Made by a program: the position numbers and the translations under genes
Shown: piece after piece, positions 46,960-56,807 of the stretch
Layout: every line of letters begins with the position of its first letter
How positions within the stretch are numbered: the first letter of the stretch is position 1
Source of the DNA: Sulfobacillus sp.
GTDB taxonomy: Bacteria; Bacillota; Sulfobacillia; Sulfobacillales; Sulfobacillaceae
Reading direction: 5' to 3'
NCBI GenBank assembly: GCA_027309085.1
Contig: DAIDDL010000002.1
Coordinates: 47,063-111,062, forward strand
DNA: 64,000 nt
Notes under the pieces: generated by a model
What the model saw: the letters and a program-made list of their open reading frames with translations, nothing else
Database searches by the model: none
Told to the model about the DNA's origin: nothing

Positions 46960-47025
46960 CTGTCAATATCCCCCTTGTCCTCTCAAAGCACCAATGCCGT
47001 CAGTTTTCATTTACGTCCTCAGATG

Positions 47026-47913
47026 CTATTCGCGCTCAAACGCCCGCAATTTTGCCGAACGGGCACGCAGATTGGTGTCGGTCTCCTCTTCGTCCGGACC
47101 CACTGGATGGCGTGTCAGGACTTTTCCCAGGTGTTCCTGGCCCCACTGCCGGAATGTGTGCTTGGCAATGCGGTCCTCCAGGGAGTGAAAGGAGATGACC
47201 ACGATGCGGCCCCCGGGGGCCACGGTGTGCACCGCCGCCTCCAGCCCTTCTTCCAAGGCGCCCAGCTCGTCATTCACCCAAATCCGCAGAGCCTGGAAAG
47301 TCCGGCGGGCCGGATGCCCGCCCGTACGCCGGGCAGATGCGGGAATTGCCGCTTTGATTAATTCCACCAACTGCCCGGTGGTGCGGATCGGCTCTTTCTG
47401 CCGGGCCTTGACAATAAACTCAGCGATGCGCTGCGCCCACCTTTCCTCCCCCCAGTCTTGCAGGGCACGCGCAATTTCGTCTTTGGACTTCATGTTCACC
47501 AGGCGGAACGCCGTGACCGGGCTGTCTGGGTCCATCCGCATATCCAAAACCGCGTCGTGCTGGTAGCTGAATCCCCGCTCAGGATTGTCGAGCTGCGGGG
47601 AGGAGACGCCTAGGTCAAAAAGTATTCCAGCGACGGCTCCTCGGACCGCAGGGTCCAAAACGGTGGACAGATCCCGGAAATTGCCATGCACAAAACTCAC
47701 GCGGTCTGCGTAAGGCGCCAGCGTCTCCCGGGCCGCCGCCAATGCAGCGGGATCCTGATCCAGAGCAATCAGATGCGCCTCGGGGTACGCCTCAAGCAAG
47801 CGGAAACTGTGTCCGCCAGCTCCCGTCGTCGCGTCAACATACAGTCCCTGAACGTCATGGACCCAATAATTCAGGGTTTCCTCCGCCAGCACCGATACAT
47901 GGGCAAATGACAT
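47026..47913 (-). CDS. rsmH: 16S rRNA m4C1402 methyltransferase
   Basis: HVSVLAEE, DATTGAGGHS, DLGVSSPQLD, LDMRMD, FQALRIWVNDEL, SFHSLEDR, RARSAKLR. Confidence 0.97.
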   Translation of the reverse strand: MSFAHVSVLAEETLNYWVHDVQGLYVDATTGAGGHSFRLLEAYPEAHLIALDQDPAALAAARETLAPYADRVSFVHGNFRDLSTVLDPAVRGAVAGILFDLGVSSPQLDNPERGFSYQHDAVLDMRMDPDSPVTAFRLVNMKSKDEIARALQDWGEERWAQRIAEFIVKARQKEPIRTTGQLVELIKAAIPASARRTGGHPARRTFQALRIWVNDELGALEEGLEAAVHTVAPGGRIVVISFHSLEDRIAKHTFRQWGQEHLGKVLTRHPVGPDEEETDTNLRARSAKLRAFERE

Positions 47914-47926
47914 CAGATCACCTCGG

Positions 47927-48358
47927 TCAAAATCCAAAGTCCACCATTTTCTCCGCAATTTCCTCGTAGGAGGTCTGGGCTTCAGCCTGGTACCGCTCCC
48001 ACCGCTCCTTGGACCACATCTCCACCCGGGTGCTGACCCCAACGAGAACCACATCGCGCTCGATCCCCGCGTGCTCGCGCAGGCGGGGCGGGATGAGCAC
48101 CCGGTACTGCTTGTCAAACTCAGCCTCCTGAGCCCCCGCCAAAAAAAGCCGGGCAAACGCGCGGGCATTGGCGTTGGTCATGGGAAGAGATTTCAGGTGC
48201 TCTTCCATCTTGCCCCATTCTTCCGCTGGGTAAATAAAGAGGCACCCGTCAAGCCCCTTGGTGATGACGAAGTGTCCGTGCAAGTCGTCGCGCAGGCGGG
48301 AGGGGACCGTCACCCGCCCTTTTTCATCGAGAGTGTGTTCATACTCTCCCATCAGCAT
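47927..48358 (-). CDS. mraZ: Transcriptional regulator MraZ
   Basis: MGEYEHTLDEKGRV, DKQYRVLIPP, VEMWSKERW. Confidence 0.97.
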   Translation of the reverse strand: MLMGEYEHTLDEKGRVTVPSRLRDDLHGHFVITKGLDGCLFIYPAEEWGKMEEHLKSLPMTNANARAFARLFLAGAQEAEFDKQYRVLIPPRLREHAGIERDVVLVGVSTRVEMWSKERWERYQAEAQTSYEEIAEKMVDFGF

Positions 48359-48377
48359 GTTCCGGTCCCCCCTTTCC

Positions 48378-48403
48378 CTCCACAACGCTCCACTTCACTC
48401 CAC
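48378..48403 (-). promoter_or_regulatory. MraZ binding repeats
   Basis: Three GTGGAG boxes at an exact 10-bp period (48403-48398, 48393-48388, 48383-48378), as known for MraZ operators. Confidence 0.88.
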
Positions 48404-49387
48404 ATTTCCAATTCGCTATGGGCCCCTCCATTCCTGCTTGTGAATGAAAAACTTTTACTGCCAAAAAATGGCTTGGGGCGACGTGTAGAGACCCATTTGC
48501 GGCCCTCTCCCATCAAACCCTGCAGTCTCATAGCAAAGGAGTAGACAATAGGGCAACCACCGCCCCCCGGCCGCGAAAAATCGGGACCACGGCCACATTG
48601 GCACACGAGGCTGAAACACCCGTTGTCGACCAAAGCTGCGCCTCCCTCTGTTGAAGCGCGTTTGGTCTCCACGCCTGAATTTCAAAGACGCGCCCCTCAA
48701 CAAAATCAGCAGAAGAGAGACAAGCTGAAAGGCACCTATATCCGTGCAGATCGTATAGAGAAGGAAAAAGCTGGATTGGACCCGCAATGAACAGCAACCT
48801 GGATAACACGGGGACCTGGTGCGGCCAGATCAGACCTCCTGCCCGAATCGACCAATTTGTGTGATCCGCTTTCCACTTGCCGGTCTCAATGGGCCAAGCC
48901 TAATCGGCAGGCACTCCACCCGGTGTGGGCATGGCTGTCCGCGTGGTCAAGTCTCAATCGTGTGGCGAGAGACTGCAGGCACCAGTCGGGACCTCCCATT
49001 ACGCGCGGAAGCGGGCTGCGGACTGTTTACGCCGTCGAACAGCGCAGCGGCTTGGATTTTGGCAACAAAGCGAGCAGGAAGACCCCTGTCGGCATCTGCC
49101 CGGCTATCAGGTTCTGTAAAGCGCGGATGCCCGAACGCCGCAGCCGCCATGATCGCCTCTCCGTGCATTCCGCGGAGAAAATAGCAAATGGCGTCATCCA
49201 AACCTATCTTGTGCAATCTGCAGTATAATTTCTCCACGATTAAATTCCCTGCAGGCTAAATACGACCAATTCGGCCACGCGGACATAGGGTTTGCGACCC
49301 GCATTCGGTACAGCGGGCTGTGCGGTGGATTTCAAGGAGGCAGGGCATAATAATGGCAAAAAAGGGTGCTCGGCGTCCCCGTAATGA

Positions 49388-49873
49388 ATGGGCACCACGG
49401 AACGCCCGCTTAAAAGCAGCTCAGCAGAATCATCAATGAATGGCGTAATTCTTCCTCTTGGAGAGTTGGACCCACATGTTGGCATGCGCACTGTTGTGCT
49501 GCAAAATTATCCAGGAGTGCCGGATGATACCTATGCGGTAGTGGATGCGTATTGCGCCGACCCCTCCTGCGACTGCCGGGTCGCCTATCTCTTCATCGTT
49601 CCGCAGAGACACCCAGGCCCCCAGCTGGCATCCATTACGGTAGGGTGGGAACCGCTGTCGTTTTATCAAAAATGGATGGGAAGCCCCAAGGGCGATGACA
49701 CGGCGCGGGAGTTTAAAGGGCCGAGTTTGATGGCGATGACTCCGCAGAGCCCACTTGCTCCTGCCTTCTTAGAGATCATGAGCGCAAAACTGCAAGATCC
49801 GGAATATCTCGATTTCTTCCGCGCCCGCTACTATCAGTTTAAATCCCTATTGCCACATCAACCCCGCAGCTGA
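49388..49873 (+). CDS. Conserved hypothetical protein with YCxDPxCDCR motif
   Basis: Plausible globular ORF (YCADPSCDCRVAYL..ASITVGWEPLSFYQKW..GP.L..QS.LAPAFL). Start uncertain. Confidence 0.6.
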   Translation: MGTTERPLKSSSAESSMNGVILPLGELDPHVGMRTVVLQNYPGVPDDTYAVVDAYCADPSCDCRVAYLFIVPQRHPGPQLASITVGWEPLSFYQKWMGSPKGDDTAREFKGPSLMAMTPQSPLAPAFLEIMSAKLQDPEYLDFFRARYYQFKSLLPHQPRS

Positions 49874-50046
49874 GGAGCCATGTCACAGGAGCCAACTTCT
49901 CTACCTGCGGCGTTCACGGTGGTAAATCAAAAGCGTCAAAAGTAGGTAAGGCTGCCAGGGAAGAGAGGGCTGCCCAAGGCCGCACATGGCTTCAACTTCA
50001 GCTTATGGTTAACGAGATGGATTATTCGTCACTGGTTAGGCCCCGG

Positions 50047-50097
50047 TCTGTTACCATCTGACCATGGCCTGTCAGATTTGCTGACCCCATATTGACA
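50047..50097 (-). mobile_element. Possible isolated IS21-like terminal repeat
   Basis: The minus strand begins TGTCAATATGGGGTCAGCAAATCTGACA with an internal repeat GGTCAG..; no transposase nearby. Confidence 0.25.
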
Positions 50098-50199
50098 CCA
50101 GCCAACCCTCTACGCAATAAGTTCAAGAGAATAGAACGTCAAAATAACTGCGGGTTATCCTGTCTAATTGCGACTAGGTAGCATCCGGAGGTTTTTCAG

Positions 50200-50234
50200 T
50201 TTGGATTATTGATATTATATCAAGTTTGTGCCAT
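50200..50234 (+). promoter_or_regulatory. GntR-type operator/promoter box, copy 1
   Basis: TTTGGATTATTGATATTATATCAAGTTTGTGCCAT, 34/35 identical to 55566-55600; core near-palindrome TTGATATTATATCAA. Confidence 0.75.
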
Positions 50235-50328
50235 CATTGATGCGAACAACAATTGGTTGATTATTCAGAGCGTTAACGACAGAAGAGATTTGGGCCTATG
50301 AGAACACTATTTTGAGGAGGCAATCATT

Positions 50329-51696
50329 TTGATCGAGCAGCATGCAGATTCCGCTATGATTATGGGACGTCTAGATCGGTTGCCCCGTTGGCCCTATTCC
50401 CGATCCTTGCTATGGATCATCGGTGCGGGCTATTTCTTTGGGTTTTTCGATGTCGTCAATATTGGATTCGCATTGCCGGTAATATCGAAACAATTTCATA
50501 TAACGGCCGCCGTAGCGGCCTCGGCTATCAGCATCGGTCTTGTGGGCTATATCATTGGCTCCTATCTCAACTCTACCATTTCCGACCTTTACGGTCGGCG
50601 GCTTGGCTTGACCTTGTCGGTGGCGTTGTTTACCGTGGGGTCGTTTCTATCGACGTTCAGTCCTAATCTAGTTTGGCTTGATATCTTTCGTTTCATCACC
50701 GGCATGGGCATCGGTGCTGAAATCGCGTCCGTGACAACCTATTTGGGTGAGATGTCGCCGGCCCCGTTACGGGGCCGCTATACGGGATGGGCGACCACCT
50801 TTGCTTACGCAGGGTTTTCCGTCGTTCCATTCATCGCGTTGGCGTTGGTCCCTCATTTCAGCTGGGGTTGGCGCGCCCTGCTGTTTGTTGGAGCCATTGG
50901 CGGGGTGACTATAACGCTGCTGCGACGCAATATTCCCGAGTCACCGCGCTGGCTTTTGTCAAAAAATCGCTCAGCAGAAGCGGAAAAAATTGTTGAACAA
51001 GCAGAAATCTATTTGCAGCAAAGATCCAATGTTCCACTTCCAGCCGTGATCCCCACCAAAGAAGCTGTTGCGTCAAAAGGATATCCCACACGGACCTTGT
51101 TTACCGCCCCGTACTTTACGCGGTTGCTCTTATTTGTGCTTATTTGGTTTGTTTACTACGTGGCCAACTATGCATGGCTTACGCTGGCCCCCAGTCTCTT
51201 TGTGTCGCGCGGCTACAGCTTGACGAACACCATCGGATATTTGGTTGTCAGCGGTATTGGATTTTTCGTGGGGGCTTTAGGTAGTGCGTTGTTTGGGGAC
51301 CGATTTGAACGAAAATGGTTCATTTTGTTGGTAACCGTAGTCTTTGGGCTTAGCCTATTACTGATTGGGTTGTTCCCTTCCCCCACGGTTATTATGGTAC
51401 TTGGCTTCATCGCCTCGGTAACAATCGGACTCATGGTGCCGTTACTGTACGCTCTTACTGCGGAACACTTCCCTACCCGAGCACGTGCCACCGGCGTATC
51501 TTTAACCGACGGACTCGGACATATTGGGGGAGCACTAGCCCCTGTCTTCGTGTTATCTGCCGTGGCCGTAGGAGGATTTACCCAAGGATTCGTTGTGATG
51601 GCTATTGCATGCGGCGTGACCGTAATCCTCCTGCCATTTGCCATCAAAGCGACCAAACGAAACCTAGAAACCGTGACGGAGGAATGGAACGCCTAA
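50329..51696 (+). CDS. MFS transporter (sugar-porter/aromatic acid:H+ symporter type)
   Basis: 12 TM, SDLYGRR, GMGIGAE, EMSPAPLRGR, PESPRWL, EHFPTRARATG. Confidence 0.92.
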   Translation: MIEQHADSAMIMGRLDRLPRWPYSRSLLWIIGAGYFFGFFDVVNIGFALPVISKQFHITAAVAASAISIGLVGYIIGSYLNSTISDLYGRRLGLTLSVALFTVGSFLSTFSPNLVWLDIFRFITGMGIGAEIASVTTYLGEMSPAPLRGRYTGWATTFAYAGFSVVPFIALALVPHFSWGWRALLFVGAIGGVTITLLRRNIPESPRWLLSKNRSAEAEKIVEQAEIYLQQRSNVPLPAVIPTKEAVASKGYPTRTLFTAPYFTRLLLFVLIWFVYYVANYAWLTLAPSLFVSRGYSLTNTIGYLVVSGIGFFVGALGSALFGDRFERKWFILLVTVVFGLSLLLIGLFPSPTVIMVLGFIASVTIGLMVPLLYALTAEHFPTRARATGVSLTDGLGHIGGALAPVFVLSAVAVGGFTQGFVVMAIACGVTVILLPFAIKATKRNLETVTEEWNA

Positions 51697-51726
51697 TAGA
51701 AGTACCTAGCATCCTTACAGATTACA

Positions 51727-51770
51727 TGGAAAGGCCATTCTGGCCCTTAGAGGCGAGGATGGCCTTTCCA
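51727..51770. terminator. Bidirectional terminator between convergent MFS genes
   Basis: TGGAAAGGCCAT..ATGGCCTTTCCA. Confidence 0.6.
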
Positions 51771-51873
51771 TCTATTTAACAACGGGCGACAACGGTGCCC
51801 CGCCATGACCTGTTGCTTGGTACAGTTCACTTAGGCAGCGTCTGACGATCGGAGGTTACCTCTTAACCTGCGT

Positions 51874-53151
51874 CTACAAGACCTTATCACGGGACACCCT
51901 CCACCTCCTTAACCAACTGAGAATGAACGCCAACGCCATGCACCCAGTGAGCCAAAGCCAACTATATTTCAACGAGCCGGTCCGGTCAGCAATATAACCG
52001 AAGAGCGGCGGGTGGAGAACCGCTCCTACGTAAATCAGGGAGGCCATGGTCGTCATGGCCAATCCGGCCTGGTTTTCTGGCACAGATTCCCCAGCCCATG
52101 TTAGAGCCAATGCATTCCACCCGACGGCACCTAGTCCCAAAATGAACCACAGCACAATAAGGACGGTGACGGGTACATGATGCGGCAACAAGCTTACGGC
52201 AAGCATCGCAATGCCTGCAATCACGGCGGTCCATCCCAGTACGCGCGGCCGGTGGCCCGATACACGATCACTTATCATGCCAAACCCAATACGCCCAATT
52301 CCTCCACCAATTTGAGCTACCGCCAATACAATCCCCGCCAATGCCAGAGTCAACCCATGGCGCTGGACCAAATCCGGAATCGTAAATGTCAGCATATCGT
52401 ACTGGGCCCCGACTAGGAGAATAGAAATCACAGCCGGGAAGGCCAAAGCCTTCCATAATTGTGATACGGGCATCGTATGGTGCCGCACCGCCCGGGGCGG
52501 GGCTGTCGGAATGACGAAGGCAAACCCCAGGCTTCCGACGATAATGATGACAGCAAGACGGCTAAACAATCCGGCAAACCCCCAGGCATTCACCCACTGC
52601 GGCAGCAAAAATGCGGAGAGTGCCGCTCCGATGGGCACCCCTGTTTGGCGAATACCCATTGGCAGTCCACGGTCGCGTCCCGCAAAGGCCAAAAACACTG
52701 CTTTGGTACCCACCCCAGGCACGGATCCGAAGGTGATCCCCATTATAAACAGTAAAAACCATAAGGTACCAAACGACGTGGCCCGACCCACGGTCCATAC
52801 CAACGCCGCCATAGGCCACGCAACGAAAAAGAGTAACTTGCGAGGGCCGATGCGGTCCACGATCCATCCGACCGGAATCAGTCCCACCATCATCCCGAGC
52901 GAAGGAGCCACAACCAATATACCTAACCCGGCCAACGACAGATGGTATTGCCTAGCAAAGACTACTCCCAGCACTGCCACTCCTTGTTGAATGAGTGACA
53001 TGCTCGATTGGGACACGATCCCTAAGAATAAAAACGGCAAGGGGCCGATAGGTGTGGGAAATCCAGACCGGGCAAAGATTGAGGGTTTCAAGGAGCCTAA
53101 GGGTTTATTCACCACATAACCCGCAAAAATAGCTCGAAAAGATCCGATCAT
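51874..53151 (-). CDS. MFS transporter
   Basis: 12 TM, GWIVDRIGPR, RGLPMGIRQTG, GMISDR. Confidence 0.9.
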   Translation of the reverse strand: MIGSFRAIFAGYVVNKPLGSLKPSIFARSGFPTPIGPLPFLFLGIVSQSSMSLIQQGVAVLGVVFARQYHLSLAGLGILVVAPSLGMMVGLIPVGWIVDRIGPRKLLFFVAWPMAALVWTVGRATSFGTLWFLLFIMGITFGSVPGVGTKAVFLAFAGRDRGLPMGIRQTGVPIGAALSAFLLPQWVNAWGFAGLFSRLAVIIIVGSLGFAFVIPTAPPRAVRHHTMPVSQLWKALAFPAVISILLVGAQYDMLTFTIPDLVQRHGLTLALAGIVLAVAQIGGGIGRIGFGMISDRVSGHRPRVLGWTAVIAGIAMLAVSLLPHHVPVTVLIVLWFILGLGAVGWNALALTWAGESVPENQAGLAMTTMASLIYVGAVLHPPLFGYIADRTGSLKYSWLWLTGCMALAFILSWLRRWRVSRDKVL

Positions 53152-53253
53152 CCATATCCTCTATTTCACTCCTTTCGAAGCCTCCACAAGCGTGACAACA
53201 TCTGCGGGCCGTTTCCCATCGAGAGTAATGCTCCACACTACGCCCAAGGTGAA

Positions 53254-54036
53254 CTAGCTATCCAGGAATTGTGGGGGCCGCCGTTCATTAAAAGCACGCA
53301 CCCCTTCCGCGCGGTCTGGATGGGCAATAGTGCGATTGTAACACTCAAGGGCCATGTCAACGCCTGACTCCAACGGCATGTCACTACCTACCCGAAAGGC
53401 CTTCTTGGCCATCTGCACCGCAAATGGTGAATTCTGCGTGAGGATCGTGGCGGTCTTCAAAACCTCTGGTATCAGTTGGGAAGCCTCCGTCAGTTTATTC
53501 ACTAAGCCATAGCGGTAGGCGTCGGGGGCACTGATCGGCTGGCCCGTCAACAGCATCTCCAGAGCTCGGCTCCTTGATGTGAGCCGCCCGACAGTCTGAG
53601 TTCCGCCCACTCCCGGAATGATCCCGCGCGCCACTTCCGGAAACCCTAGCGTTGCATCGTCCACGGCATAACAAAAATCTGCGCTGAGCGCCATTTCCAA
53701 TCCCCCGCCGAGTGCCATTCCATTGATGGCGCAGAGATAGGGCTTCGGAAAGGTGCGCAACTTCCGGTGCACTTCTTCCAACAGGCGATGATGGGCAGCC
53801 CACTGCTCGGCCGTCATGGTATTGCGTTCTTTCAAATCTCCCCCTGTGCTAAAGGCCCGACCCTTACCGGTAATCACTAGCACGCGCACCGTTGTATCTT
53901 CCATGATTCGGTCCAGTGCAGCATTTAAGACCCGAGCCAATGCGGAATTGAAGGCATTCAAGACTTCAGGCCGATTTAACGTCAAGAGCACGATCTGATT
54001 CTCGTGATGCCGTTCCTCCAATAAGATATTCATCAT
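53254..54036 (-). CDS. Enoyl-CoA hydratase/isomerase family protein
   Basis: LNRPEVLNA, FSTGGDL, AINGMALGGGLEMAL, FPEVARGIIPG.GGTQ. Confidence 0.93.
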   Translation of the reverse strand: MMNILLEERHHENQIVLLTLNRPEVLNAFNSALARVLNAALDRIMEDTTVRVLVITGKGRAFSTGGDLKERNTMTAEQWAAHHRLLEEVHRKLRTFPKPYLCAINGMALGGGLEMALSADFCYAVDDATLGFPEVARGIIPGVGGTQTVGRLTSRSRALEMLLTGQPISAPDAYRYGLVNKLTEASQLIPEVLKTATILTQNSPFAVQMAKKAFRVGSDMPLESGVDMALECYNRTIAHPDRAEGVRAFNERRPPQFLDS

Positions 54037-54834
54037 TTTATCCTCCTTTTACGAATGGCTCATTCGCTCACAACCTGCGACATCGAAGACCACCCTCGCC
54101 TGTGCGAAGCATACAGGACCGTCTCTAAGTTATGTCGATAGGGGCCTGTTCGATCTGAATACTAATCCTGTCCGTTGGTCCCTATTAACACAATCGTGGG
54201 AATTAGTTCACAATGGCATTGATACAACACATTGGAACGGCAAGATGGATCTGCGCTACGGTGAACTGGGAAATGCCTCAAGAACACGTCAACTGCCTGA
54301 ACATTGGCCGCAAAGCAATGCGGATACGGTGACGGTCCTGGCGCTTAATATTATGGGTCTCGTCTCGTTTGGCCAACTGGTCGGCTAAATCTAAGCCAGC
54401 CAATCCTCACAAAAGTAAAGGGCAACTAGCTAGCCCCGCTTTAAACCCACAAACCGCATCGCGCCCCCTTGGTCGGGGGTCACCATCGCCAGACGACTGG
54501 TGTTCTCGGCGCTGCCGCTCTCGGGCATGACCGCCGCGCTCACATGTCTTCGCGCCACTATTTTGCTATACACACCAGCCGACGCATTGTCGCCGACACT
54601 ACGTTTACCAAAAGGGCGATTCACCAAAGACCCGTGGAGACAGCTAGCCTCCCGGACCCCCTCTGAAACGCGGCGCCCTCCAACAGACCTCGGGTCAGAT
54701 GCACAGCATCGTCCATAATTTACTGCAATTTGCGACATCTCCCTTATGCGGGCTACCGTCAGGCCGTGATGAACGTCTGTGGCAAAAATGATGGCTCTTG
54801 TACCACTCTAACTGCACTGGACGGATAGCGCCCC

Positions 54835-55545
54835 TCACCGTTCGTCCTCATGTTCTGGGATCACTGGTTCCAAGGGCGATGATGTCCACCCTAAGCCCTT
54901 AAAGTGCTCACGCGCTCGGTCGCCGGAACGAGTAATATGCGCGGTCATTGTCACCGCCGCCCGGTCTCCGTCGCGAGCTTCTGCCGCCTGTAGCAACTGT
55001 TGGTGTTCGGCTCTGTCCTGGACCATTTGCTGGGTCACAAATTGCGGAGTCAAAGGGGGAAAACCATTCCACAACATGTCCACGAACCCCTGCAGTTTGG
55101 CCCAAGGGCAACGGCTCCGAAGAATTTGGTGAAACTGTCTATTCGCCTCCACAAACCGATCCCCATCATTGCCAGATTCGGCTATTTCTAGGGCTGCCAA
55201 ATGTTGACGCAAGGCGTGCAGATCCTCATCGGTCAGCCGTGGCACGGAAAGCCTCACAGCTTTAGGTTCTAGCCAACTCCGCAATGCGTACGACTCCTCG
55301 ATAGTCTCCAAAGATAATGGCGCCACCCAGGCACCACGCCGTGGCTCTGACGTGACCAATCCCTCAGCCGCCAATTGCACCAACGCCTCACGAATCGGCA
55401 TGCGAGACACGCCCAGCTGATCGGCCAGCAAATCTTGGGCAATTTTGGAACCTGGTCGCAATTGTCCCGTAACAATGGCCTGTCGGATAGCTTGTGCTAC
55501 ACGAGCGCTGGTCAGGGAATTTTCTAGCGGTGTAATCGCCAACAC
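54835..55545 (-). CDS. GntR-family transcriptional regulator (FCD domain)
   Basis: wHTH LRPGSKIAQDLLADQLGVSRMPIREAL, FCD (NRQFH, EH..LL.A..RD...A...HI); divergent from the acyl-CoA dehydrogenase operon. Confidence 0.93.
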   Translation of the reverse strand: MLAITPLENSLTSARVAQAIRQAIVTGQLRPGSKIAQDLLADQLGVSRMPIREALVQLAAEGLVTSEPRRGAWVAPLSLETIEESYALRSWLEPKAVRLSVPRLTDEDLHALRQHLAALEIAESGNDGDRFVEANRQFHQILRSRCPWAKLQGFVDMLWNGFPPLTPQFVTQQMVQDRAEHQQLLQAAEARDGDRAAVTMTAHITRSGDRAREHFKGLGWTSSPLEPVIPEHEDER

Positions 55546-55565
55546 ATCCTTTACCTCGTAATGGT

Positions 55566-55600
55566 TTTGGATTATTGATATTATATCAAATTTGTGCCAT
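55566..55600 (+). promoter_or_regulatory. GntR-type operator/promoter box, copy 2
   Basis: TTTGGATTATTGATATTATATCAAATTTGTGCCAT in the gntR / acyl-CoA dehydrogenase intergenic region. Confidence 0.75.
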
Positions 55601-55655
55601 GCTAATCGTGTCGATATCATAGTTTCTATTTTAGTCTAAGGAAGTTGGGGATACG

Positions 55656-56807
55656 ATGAACAATTTACTCAAAGATTTGCGCCAGGGAATCCGCGATCTC
55701 TGTGCCCGCTTTCCGGCGCCCTACTGGCGCACATTGGACCATGAACGCCAATACCCGGATGCGTTTGTGAAGGCAATGACTGATGCCGGCTATTTGGCGG
55801 CATTGATACCAGAAGAATATGGAGGCTCTGGTCTCGGGATCACAGAAGCGTCGGTTATCTTGGAAGAAGTCAATCGCGCCGGAGGCAACGCGGCGGCGTG
55901 CCATGCCCAGATGTACACCATGGGGACGGTTTTGCGCCATGGTTCCGCACAACAAAAGCAATGGTTGCTGCCGGCCGTTGCACGCGGAGAGTTGCGCTTG
56001 CAAGCCTTCGGCGTCACCGAACCCGATGCCGGATCCGACACCACACATTTGACAACTACCGCCACGCGGCAAGAAGGCGGATACGTGATTCGTGGACAAA
56101 AAATTTTTATTTCCCGCGTGCAGCATTCGGATTATCTGTTGCTGTTGGCTCGCACTACCCCCATTGCTGAGGTCACCCGTCGTTCGCAGGGCCTTTCCGT
56201 GTTTTTGGTAAACTTGCATGACGCCCTTGGGCACGGTTTGACGGTCACCCCGATTGACACCATGATGAATCACGAAACCAATGCACTGTTTTTTGATGAG
56301 GTATGGGTCCCGGCGGAAAACCTGATTGGCCAAGAAGGCGAAGGGTTCCGCTACATCCTCGATGGCATGAACGCGGAGCGCATCTTAATTGCGGGTGAAT
56401 GCATTGGTGACGGTGAATTCTTTATTGAAGCAGCCACCCACTACGCCAACGACCGTGTCGTGTTTGACCGACCGATCGGGAAAAATCAAGGCGTGCAGTT
56501 TCCCATTGCACGGGCCTACGCTCAAATCCGCGCCGCGGACTTGATGCGTTTTGAAGCAGCCCGTCGGTTTGACCAGGACCAATCATGCGGTGAGGAAGCC
56601 AACTTGGCTAAGCTCTTAGCGGCAGACGCCTCATGGGAAGCAGCCAATGTCGCCGTTCAAGTGCATGGCGGCTATGGATTTGCCGCAGAGTATGATATTG
56701 AGCGAAAGTTTCGCGAGACCCGGCTATTCCAAGTAGCCCCGATTTCGACCAATCTGATCTTAGCCTTTGTGGCAGAACATGTCTTAGGATTGCCGAGGTC
56801 CTACTAA
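55656..56807 (+). CDS. Acyl-CoA dehydrogenase
   Basis: FGVTEPDAGSDT, GQKIFISR, NAERI, R.VFDRPIGKNQG, QVHGGYG, ERKFRE. Confidence 0.95.
   Translation: MNNLLKDLRQGIRDLCARFPAPYWRTLDHERQYPDAFVKAMTDAGYLAALIPEEYGGSGLGITEASVILEEVNRAGGNAAACHAQMYTMGTVLRHGSAQQKQWLLPAVARGELRLQAFGVTEPDAGSDTTHLTTTATRQEGGYVIRGQKIFISRVQHSDYLLLLARTTPIAEVTRRSQGLSVFLVNLHDALGHGLTVTPIDTMMNHETNALFFDEVWVPAENLIGQEGEGFRYILDGMNAERILIAGECIGDGEFFIEAATHYANDRVVFDRPIGKNQGVQFPIARAYAQIRAADLMRFEAARRFDQDQSCGEEANLAKLLAADASWEAANVAVQVHGGYGFAAEYDIERKFRETRLFQVAPISTNLILAFVAEHVLGLPRSY

Noticed and set aside
48450-49380. Several overlapping 80-120-aa ORFs upstream of mraZ
   Set aside because: No RBS or motif support, and they are mutually overlapping; treated as non-coding or eroded DNA.
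54430-54738. 102-aa minus-strand ORF
   Set aside because: RBS spacing is implausible and no family features are seen in any frame; at most a degraded fragment.
55064-55074. 11-nt match (CCATTCCACAA) to the omega-RNA guide inside gntR
   Set aside because: Too short, misses guide position 1, and is preceded by GGAAA rather than the TTGAA TAM; expected by chance.
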